Positions 55,664 through 64,000 of a DNA stretch of 64,000 nucleotides are shown here, one piece after another; positions within the stretch are counted from its first letter, which is position 1, and each line of letters opens with the position of its first letter. The notes below the pieces were generated by a model. The model was not told the DNA's origin, searched no databases, and saw nothing but the letters and a program-made list of their open reading frames with translations. Position numbers and translations under genes: made by a program. Location: positions 16,084-80,083 of the forward strand of contig CAWJKV010000017.1 in NCBI GenBank assembly GCA_963843555.1, in the 5' to 3' direction. The stretch is from an uncultured Methanosarcinales archaeon (GTDB lineage: Archaea; Halobacteriota; Methanosarcinia; Methanotrichales; Methanotrichaceae).

Positions 55664-57226
55664 ATGACATCCAAGATAAAAACAACTGCCGGGATAATTG
55701 TAGCGGCATTTCTCTTGATGGGCTCTGCAGTCAGCCTCTCCCTCTCGGTTTCGAGCGATGTTGGAGGTTTGAATCAGGAGATAAATGCGGACACTGATGA
55801 CTCTTTCTTTGGCAGAGTGGTGCTGTCAGAGAACGCCCTGTCCAATGAAATAACGTCGTCCAAAGGAAGCCTGAAGGATAGACACTGGATAATCGATGAT
55901 TTAGGCGATAAGGCCGAGGTCGGCGTCGATATCAAGAATGCCGATTGGTATAGATACTCCTACACCCTGGATAACGGCCCCGATTTTGCTTTTGCTGGGG
56001 AGACTATTGATGCGGCAGATGCAAGAAGCATCAAAGCATACTCAAAGGCGGATAACCAACAAGGAGATGTCGCAGAATCAAGCATAATCATCTCCGACAA
56101 GAATAAAGAAGCAAGCCTCTTTGGGTATTCAAATTATGCCTATGCAGGATCAGGAATCCAGAGTGTTGCAGGGCAGATCGTCGACAGCGCTGTAGGAGAT
56201 CATATAACAATTAATGAGTGCGCTCGCCAGTTTGATGGTGATACAGCCCTTGCCAGAATGAACGTAGCCGAGGGGCAGGTTGATTCGTACTATGGAGCCG
56301 CCATGGCAGGTATTGTAGAAGACGGCTATAACTACGATTCCGGCTATGAGCGCGGTTATTGGGGCGGCAGCTTGGATGAAGCAAGGGCAATGCATTACGG
56401 AACCATATCCGGGAAGAGCATAGATATCACTGAGGCTGCATCACGACCTGATGGGGAGCTGGCCTGGGCAGATACAGAGATCCAGAGGGGTCACATCGAT
56501 GGATATAATGGAAACGCCTCAGCCGCGAACGAATACAATATCAACAAAGGAACTCGTTATGGAACTGATTTCCTGAGTGAGCAATGGCTGGACACGACCT
56601 GGGTCTCTCATGGAGCAGCAGACTTGAGCGGCAAAAAGGTGGCAATAAAAGAGGGCGTCATTCAGGTTGATGGAGACATTGCCGGCGCAAGTTTAGTAGC
56701 ACTTAACATTCCTCAGGTAGAAAACAAATCGCAGCCGTATTTTGGAGGTGCCGAAGCCGTCATTTCGAGCACCAATTCCTGGGATGGATACAGTTCCTGC
56801 AATAATAGCTCCAATTATGTGAAGTCGTATCATTTCGGTGACATAATTGGAGGGCGAATAGATATGGACGAGTGGTCTAAAAGGGCTAATGGTGACAGAG
56901 CCAGCACCAGCGCCAGGATTATTGACGGATACACATTGTATAATGCATCAGCAGGGACGGAGATCGGGAGCAATATATGCATTGATCCAATGTGCGTGAC
57001 CGTAGAGGTGAAGGACATCACATGGGCTTATCAGAGTCTCGCTGGCCTCAATGGAAGAAAGATGGATCTGACAGCAATGGCCGTGAGCAACGAAGGACCT
57101 GACAGATCTGTACGTTCAAGGCTCAAACAAACGAAGGACGGCAATTATTTGACAAGCAGCACTGCCGAGGCCTTCTATGGAGACACCTCTGCTCGGATCT
57201 TCGTAGACTGGCTGCCTGAGGTTTAA
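55664..57226 (+). CDS. Secreted acidic surface protein with degenerate internal repeats
   Basis: Signal peptide; recurring H.G..(L/I)SG..I.I.E....DGD.A.A units; intact 520 aa. Confidence 0.8.
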   Translation: MTSKIKTTAGIIVAAFLLMGSAVSLSLSVSSDVGGLNQEINADTDDSFFGRVVLSENALSNEITSSKGSLKDRHWIIDDLGDKAEVGVDIKNADWYRYSYTLDNGPDFAFAGETIDAADARSIKAYSKADNQQGDVAESSIIISDKNKEASLFGYSNYAYAGSGIQSVAGQIVDSAVGDHITINECARQFDGDTALARMNVAEGQVDSYYGAAMAGIVEDGYNYDSGYERGYWGGSLDEARAMHYGTISGKSIDITEAASRPDGELAWADTEIQRGHIDGYNGNASAANEYNINKGTRYGTDFLSEQWLDTTWVSHGAADLSGKKVAIKEGVIQVDGDIAGASLVALNIPQVENKSQPYFGGAEAVISSTNSWDGYSSCNNSSNYVKSYHFGDIIGGRIDMDEWSKRANGDRASTSARIIDGYTLYNASAGTEIGSNICIDPMCVTVEVKDITWAYQSLAGLNGRKMDLTAMAVSNEGPDRSVRSRLKQTKDGNYLTSSTAEAFYGDTSARIFVDWLPEV

Positions 57227-57231
57227 GGTTA

Positions 57232-57256
57232 AGGGCATAATGCCCTCACTTTTTTA
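57232..57256 (+). terminator. Hairpin plus T-tract after the surface-protein gene
   Basis: agggcat-a-atgccct followed by cacttttttt. Confidence 0.5.
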
Positions 57257-57334
57257 TCGTCGTTTCTGCTCTTATCCTAGAAGTAATCCCACAGAAGTGC
57301 ATAAATTCGACTGCCAGAATGCGACCAGAATCGC

Positions 57335-57708
57335 AGGCGGGGATCCCGACTATCTGGTTCGAGATCTATGGGAGGCCATAGAACGGGGGAGAGTATCCCG
57401 AGTATGAACTCAATGTGCAGATAATGAACATCTCCGAGGAGCTCAACCAGACCTTTGACCCCCTGGATGATACCAAGACCTGGCCGGAGGACAAATTCCC
57501 GCTTACGCCGGTGTGCAAGCTGATCCTAGACCACAATCCTGAGAATACTTCACTCCGCGGAAGAGTCGGCATTCTATCCAACCAACCTGGTTCCAGGCAT
57601 CGAGTTCTCGGATGACAAGATGCTGCAAGGCAAGACGTTCTCCTATGTCGACACCCAACGCTATCGCCTGGGGGCAAACTTCAACGATCTGCCTACAAAT
57701 AAGCCGCT
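57335..57708 (+). pseudogene. Monofunctional catalase, internal fragment
   Basis: [89 protein letters not shown] (proximal haem-ligand region). Confidence 0.88.
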
Positions 57709-57753
57709 AATTATCCTCTTCTCCCGGAAGTACCGTCGTATTTGACAGATGGC

Positions 57754-58047
57754 TCATACCTTCCGGCCGTTCCATTCCTTTCCGTTTAAAGAGCTGAGCT
57801 TCCACCACTTTCCCTGGAAGGACTTGCCGGATTTATCCATGTGGATTTCGAACTCACCTGCATCATTCGGCGGAGCATAGGAAGGGGCCTCAGACCACTT
57901 GCCAGATAGCCTGTCGTCCAGCGCCAGCCCGTCGATGCGGCCTTCCTTAAGGATGTACACCCCGGTTACAATGTTTTTGGTTTGCTGAAGCACGACTTTT
58001 CCATAGTTCGTCTCCCAGGTGCCGGTCCAATCTATATCGGTGCTCAT
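57754..58047 (-). CDS. Small hypothetical beta-barrel-like protein
   Basis: WTGTWETNYG..L.Q..VTG.Y..G.I.G..LSGKW.E..G.F..FQGKW pattern. Confidence 0.65.
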   Translation of the reverse strand: MSTDIDWTGTWETNYGKVVLQQTKNIVTGVYILKEGRIDGLALDDRLSGKWSEAPSYAPPNDAGEFEIHMDKSGKSFQGKWWKLSSLNGKEWNGRKV

Positions 58048-58159
58048 GATACGCCTCTCTTGAAATCATTACGTTGATAGGTAATAAGTCAATATCTCAG
58101 GCTGGGCATCTTAGACTCTCCTATCTATCGGAATGTTTTTCATGTGATACATAATACTG

Positions 58160-61100
58160 ATGTCTCGGAGGAAGGAAAGGTTGCCTGTTCCAGAGAAGAT
58201 ACTCGAATTGGTGGACAGATTTGAGTCCGATATTGATAAATATAAGTCATTATCCTATAATGAAGAAGACATTAAAATTGATTTCATAAATCCCCTATTC
58301 GAAGCTCTAGGATGGGATGTTGGAAATAAAACCAATAAGGCTCCAGACTTAAGGGAAGTCAAATTCGAGGACTCTGTAGAGGTGCTGGGTAGAATTAAGA
58401 ACCCTGATTTTAGTTTTCGATTGGATAGGTCAAGAAAATTCTTTGTAGAGGCAAAGAAGCCTGCTGTGAATATCGAAGGAGGAATTAGTCCTGCCTTCCA
58501 GCTCAGAAGCTATGCCTGGTCAGTCAATTTGCCCGTCTCCATTGTAACCGACTTCGAGGAATTCGCAGTTTATGACTGCAGGACTGAGCCTTTCAAGTCC
58601 GACAAGCCCTCCAAAATCAAGATTGATTATAATAAAATATTATGAATTTGAAAAGAGATGGGATGAGATAGCCTCACTATTTTCCAAGGAGGCGGTGCAA
58701 AATGGTTCTCTTGATAAGTATCTGGAATCCATTCCCGCCAAGAGGGGTTCAAAGAAGGTAGATGATGCCCTCCTGGAAGATATTTCAGGATGGAGGGAGG
58801 CTCTGGCAGAAAGCCTTGCGAAGATGAATCCTGATCTTGATCAAAAGAGCCTGAACCATGCGGTCCAGATGACCATTGATCGGATCCTATTCCTCCGCAT
58901 CTGTGAAGACAGATCAATTGAGGACTATGGCAGACTGAAGACGCTTCTCGATGGCGAGAATGTTTATCGCAGGCTGTTTAAGTTCTTCGAAGAGGCCGAT
59001 AAGAGATACAATTCAGGCCTGTTCCACTTCCATGCCGAGGAGGAGAGGAATAACTTTGATAGCATAACTCATTCCATAAATATTGAGGATAAAGTTCTGA
59101 AGGACATTATCCAAGAGCTCTATTATCCAGACAGCCCTTATGTGTTCTCAGAGATTCCAGCAGAAATTTTGGGCCGTGTTTATGAGCAATTCTTGGGGAA
59201 GGTCATCCAGCTTGGCGAAGGTCATAAGGTCAATGTAGATTACAAGCCCGAAGTGCGAAAGGCTGGCGGGGTTTATTACACGCCGTCTTATATTGTCGAT
59301 TATATAGTAAAAAATACCGTGGGCAAGCTGCTTGATGGAAAGAGCCCGAAAGAGGCTTCAGAGCTGCGTATTCTTGATCCTGCGTGTGGTTCAGGGTCAT
59401 TCTTGATAGGAGCCTATCAATATCTGTTGGATTGGCATCTGGATTGGTATAAGAGCAATCTGGTGCCTCTCTTAAATGCCGGGCAAAAGCTGACCTCCAA
59501 GGAGGTGCAGAGTCTGCTTCCAGCACCCATGGAAAAGCCAGGAAAGAATGCCAGAGCCAGATCAAAAAAGATTTGGGAGAGGGCAACAGTAGCCTCCCTG
59601 CCTATTGAGCAAAGGGCGGAAGAGTGGCACTTAAGGACTGCCGAGAGGAAGAGAATCCTTCTAAACAACATTTACGGCGTGGATATTGATACTCAGGCTG
59701 TGGAGGTCACAAAGCTCTCCCTGCTGCTCAAGGTGCTGGAAGGAGAGAATAAGGCTACCATTGCAGATCTCACCATGTATTCCGATGAGAGGGCATTGCC
59801 TGATCTTGGAAATAATATCAAATGCGGGAACTCACTTATTGGATGGGATATCCAGCAGGACAGGCCAGATTTGACCCAGGAAGAGCTTTGGAGGATCAAT
59901 CCATTTGACTGGGAGGATGGATTTAGAGAGGTCTTTGCGCGTGGTGGGTTTGATGCAGTGATTGGGAATCCACCTTATGTGAGATATGGATTATTGACAG
60001 ACCTTAAGAATTATCTAAAAAACCATTACCGGGTTTATCATGCATTGGCCGATCTTTATTCCTATTTGATTGAGAGAGGAATATCATTATTAAATAATAA
60101 AGGAATCTTTTCATATATAGTTGCAAATAAATGGACAAGAACCAATTATGGTGAACCACTTAGAAGATGGCTAAAGAAACAGTGTATTGATGAAATTATT
60201 GACTTTGGCGATTTGCCTATTTTCAAGAATGCAACAACATATCCGTGTATTCTTAGAGTATCTAAAGGCTGCATTAATCAATATATAAATGCGGTTCAAG
60301 CTGTATCAATGAATTTTGGGAATCTCAGCAAATACGTTGAAGAACATAATTATCGGATCAATAGATTGGGATTGAAAGACGAAAGTTGGCCCCTTGTTGA
60401 TGAATCTGTGCAAAATTTGCTCGATAAAATGGAGACTAAAGGTATATCATTGATCGAGTATTTTAATAAAAAAATTTATTTGGGTGTACTTACGGGCCTT
60501 GATAAAGCATTTATTATCAATGATCAAGTAAAAAATAATTTGATTAAAATGGATCCAAAGAGCAAAGATTTGATCAAGCCATTCCTTAAAGGGAAGGGAT
60601 GTTAAGAGATACCAACCCATAGAAGCTGACAAATATGTGATCCTAATACCAAGTGGGTGGACCAGGAAAATGGCTGGAGAGGATGTTAATGCATTCGATT
60701 GGCTCAAAGACAATTATCCCGCTGTGGCAGATTACTTGATCCCATTTGCTGATGAAGCAAGAAAGAGGGATAAGAGCAATAGGGGTGAGAATTGGTGGGA
60801 ATTGAGGGCGTGTGATTATTATAATGAATTTGAAGACCCTAAAATCCTATGGCCTGAGATTGCGGGAAGTGCAAGATTCACATACGATGAGACAAGATCA
60901 TATACGAATCATAAAGTTTATTGAATTCCAAATGCAAATTTGGATACCTGCTAGGCATATAAAATTCACCTTGATAAGATTATTTATTCCTTGCGTTTGT
61001 ACTGATCTTCAAGGAAGTAGCTATAACTTTTCTGTGGCTTTTGTTGGCAGAACCCCAATTCATACCATTGATTTCTCTAATCCCCATGATGTAGACTTGC

Positions 61101-61294
61101 ACAACAAAATGGTTTCTCTCGTGGAAAAGATGCTCGACCTCAACAAGCGTTTTGCTTCCTCCATGACAGAGCATGAGAAAACAATGTTATCGCGACAGAT
61201 TCAGGCCACTGATGACCAAATTAACACACTGGTCTATGCGCTTTATGAATTGAATGAAGAGGAGATAAGAATTGTTGAGTCCCAAGCTCCTTAA
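58160..61294 (+). CDS. Type IIG (Eco57I/TaqI-like) fused restriction endonuclease-N6 adenine methyltransferase (frameshifts near 58620, 60595, 60920-60960)
   Basis: N-terminal PD..VEAKK nuclease motif, GVYYTP, LDPACGSGSFL, YGVDID, IKCGNSL, FDAVIGNPPY, C-terminal WWELRACDYY..FEDPKI TaqI-C-like TRD. Confidence 0.9.
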
Positions 61295-61309
61295 TCTATT
61301 GAGGATTAA

Positions 61310-62374
61310 ATGACAACTGAAATTAAGCTATGGAAAATTGAGCAGGATAATAAGCTCAAGGTTGTGAAGAATTCTAAGCTAAATTTGGAAGAAAGGCTAG
61401 AAACATGGCTTGAAAATGATATTTCTCTTGTGTCTGATGAAATTCTAATTGTGGGAAGGCAGGTTGAAACCAGCTATAGCGGAATTATTGATCTCCTTGG
61501 CATGGACAGGAATGGAGATCTGGTCTTAATAGAGTTAAAAAGGGATAAAACACCAAGAGAGATTACTGCTCAAATCATAGACTATGCATCTTGGGTAAAA
61601 GATCTATCTAATGAAACAGTATCCAATATAGCAAATAAATATTTGGATATCCGAGATGGTCTCACATTGGAGATATGCCTTCCAAAAAAAATTTGGCGTA
61701 CGAACTTGCCCGATGTGATAAATGAAAGTCATAAGCATGCTGATTATTGCTAGCCAGATTGATCCGGCTTCCGAGAGGATTATAAAATATCTTTCTGAAA
61801 CATATGGTGTCAGTATCAATGCAGCAACCTTCCAGCATTTCGAAGATGGATAATGGAGTCAGAAATTATCGGAAGGGTGTTCTTAATTCAGCCAAGTGAA
61901 ATTGAAGCTTCAACAGGATCAAGCACCAAGAGAAGGCCAAAAAACCTTAGCCTTGAGGAACTGTCAAAGACGGCTGAAGAGAGAGGTTTAAGAGAGTTTT
62001 ATGAAAATCTGACTTCAGCGCTTGAAAAATATCTTATCAAAAAAACAACGAGAAGCTCCATAGCATTTTATGGGAGAACTGGTGACGGAGTGAGATCTAT
62101 TTTCAGCTTGGTACCTACTCAATGCAGCCAGGAAGAAGGGCTGAAGTTTCAAGTTATATATCTATAGATTTATGAATTATTTTAATATAGATAAAGACAG
62201 CTTATTGTCCATGCTTCCAGAGAATATAGAAGATTGGAAGTATCTATCCAGATGCAGATGCAGGATTACTCTGGATGCACAGGCTACTTCCAGACCGATG
62301 ATGAGGTCAATAGATTTATAACATGGTTAAGCACTCTGAAGCGAAAAAGTAGTTCAAGATGGCTCTTAGACTAA
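61310..62374 (+). CDS. NucS/DUF91-like PD-(D/E)xK endonuclease (frameshifted)
   Basis: LEERLETWL, VGRQVET..GIIDLLGMD.NGDLVLIELKRDKTPRE..AQIIDYASW. Confidence 0.8.
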
Positions 62375-62427
62375 TTGCAAGTAATGAAATCTGTGATCTG
62401 GCCTTTGCGACGATTTAACCACGGAGT

Positions 62428-62643
62428 TCATAGAGTACGCACATAGAGGCTACCAAGACCAGGCGACAAGATGATGCTCCATGGGTATCCATTCACGGTT
62501 GCAGTGTTTACCACTGACCACGACCCCGACGGCGTGGTGGTGAAGCTGGTATGAATGCTGATACTGGTTCCACTCACGACGCCTGAAATTGCCACTATCA
62601 GGAATAACGTGAGTGCTAGAAGAAGCCATATCTTTGAAGACAT
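62428..62643 (-). CDS. Small secreted Ser/Thr-rich protein or truncated surface-protein gene
   Basis: Signal peptide MSSKIWLLLALTLFLIVAISGVVSG; GGAGG SD upstream. Confidence 0.6.
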   Translation of the reverse strand: MSSKIWLLLALTLFLIVAISGVVSGTSISIHTSFTTTPSGSWSVVNTATVNGYPWSIILSPGLGSLYVRTL

Positions 62644-62827
62644 TTTTCACGAACCTCCAATAGCTTTACAGCTCTATATATTTAAGCTCATCAAGATATA
62701 CTTTTGGGTTTATTCATCGTTAGCTTTCTTTCGTAGCTATGATCCTTAACTATAATTCTTTTTATCAGTACCTGGGAGAAAGAACTCACGGTTTTCGTCA
62801 TGAAATACCTTCAAAAGAAGTCTCTTG

Positions 62828-62921
62828 TCTGCTGCAATTCGCGGTGGCCCAGTATCCTGATTCTACTCACTCCTCCGAGGATAACTACCTATTACCAGTG
62901 ATCCAATCCTTATTGATATCT
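62828..62921 (-). repeat. ~94-bp repeat, second (inverted) copy
   Basis: Reverse complement agatatcaataaggatt..taataggtagttatcctcggaggagtgagtagaatcaggatactgggccaccgcgaattgcagcaga. Confidence 0.85.
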
Positions 62922-63101
62922 TCATGATGCAAACCGTCACTCTTAAGATCGACTGATCATTTGGGGACGCCCTTGAGACGCGACTTTTTCGTTTCAGCTC
63001 TTTGTTGATTCTCTCCAGGACGTTCGTAATTCGGATCGGTTGAATTAAAATATAGATAATCTGTTATGTGCTGAACGGAGAAAACTGGATAAAATGTTCC
63101 A

Positions 63102-63797
63102 TCATCCTCGTCTTTTGATTATCTCCACCCCGCCCGCCCTTGCCAGGTATAGCTCGTCCAGGTTGTCGAATATCCCGTGCTCCACCACTCCCGGAATCGG
63201 GCTTATCTTTGCTGCCAGAGCCTCTGGATCAACAATCACTCCGAAGTCCACATCCATCACGAAGTTCCCGTTGTCCGTGATCACCGGCCCGTCCTTTCTC
63301 AAGCCCTGTCGCAGCACCGGCTTCCCGCCCGGCTCTTTGAGCCGCCTCTCCACCAGCCTGGCGGCAAAGGGCAAGACCTCCACAGGCACCGGCCAGCTCA
63401 GCTTCTCCACAAATTTGCTCTCGTCGGCCACAATAACAAAATGCCGGGCCGAGCAGGAGACGACTTTCTCGCGCGTGTGCGCCGCTCCGCCGCCTTTGAT
63501 GACGAATAGGTTGGCATCGACCTGATCGGCTCCGTCAATGGCCAAATCCAGTTGAGGATGTTGGTTCAGCGTTGTCAATTTGATCCCGGACGCTATGGCC
63601 AGGTCTTCCGCCTGAAAGGAGGTGGGGACTCCATAGAAATCCAGGCCTTCCTCCTTGATCCTTTCTCCCAGTCGTTTGATCGTCCAGGCCACAGTGGAGC
63701 CGGTGCCCAGACCCACCACCATGCCGCTATTGACAAGATCCGCGGCGGCCTCGCCAGCTGCCTTCTTGGCACCGACATTGGAAGACGCTTCTTTCAT
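63102..63797 (-). CDS. rpiA: Ribose-5-phosphate isomerase A
   Basis: [43 protein letters not shown]. Confidence 0.97.
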   Translation of the reverse strand: MKEASSNVGAKKAAGEAAADLVNSGMVVGLGTGSTVAWTIKRLGERIKEEGLDFYGVPTSFQAEDLAIASGIKLTTLNQHPQLDLAIDGADQVDANLFVIKGGGAAHTREKVVSCSARHFVIVADESKFVEKLSWPVPVEVLPFAARLVERRLKEPGGKPVLRQGLRKDGPVITDNGNFVMDVDFGVIVDPEALAAKISPIPGVVEHGIFDNLDELYLARAGGVEIIKRRG

Positions 63798-63849
63798 GAA
63801 ACCTCAAATACTCAAATCCGCTCATAACAGAATCTGGTTATTCCTATCT

Positions 63850-64000
63850 CTATCCCAGAATCTGGCTTTTAACAGTGGTGAACACCGGTCCCCTGAGGTC
63901 CATCTTATGCTTGTAGCTGGTGATGTACCTCTCCAGAGCTGGATGAATCTTTATGTTTATGTCGCCGGGGCTGCGCACTATCCGCGCTCTGGTCTCGGAC
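63850..64000 (-). CDS. 3' end of an unidentified gene (runs off window end)
   Basis: Minus frame APGDINIKIHPALERYITSYKHKMDLRGPVFTTVKSQILG-stop just upstream of rpiA. Confidence 0.45.
   Translation of the reverse strand, partial: SETRARIVRSPGDINIKIHPALERYITSYKHKMDLRGPVFTTVKSQILG

Overview
Methanogenic archaeal chromosome segment, most likely Methanothrix/Methanosaeta-like. That assignment is inferred from gene content: formylmethanofuran dehydrogenase F-A-C-D-B, methanogenesis marker 9, radB, ADP-dependent kinase, gyrB/gyrA, signal-peptide TPR genes and PAS hybrid kinases. Many genes, including core ones (fwdA, fwdC), are split by 1-nt indels, which points to uncorrected long-read error rather than true decay. 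Two accessory zones stand out. (1) About 8.3-14.1 kb, plus an outlier at 21.9-22.2 kb: a low-GC RelA/SpoT gene sits between diverged direct repeats. It is followed by tandem TPR cassettes, each preceded by a conserved GC-rich non-coding scaffold in which a 17-bp inverted repeat encloses a length-conserved (95/95/98 nt) but sequence-diverged AT-rich spacer. (2) About 52-63 kb: a highly base-paired unannotated intergenic element, a decayed toxin-antitoxin pair, circularly permuted catalase fragments bounded by a 32-bp exact direct repeat, a repeat-built secreted protein, a type IIG restriction-modification gene and a NucS-like nuclease, with 55.4-62.9 kb bracketed by a ~94-bp imperfect inverted repeat. 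One tRNA-Cys(GCA) is present. No CRISPR array or transposase was seen. All calls come from reading the sequence; no searches were run.
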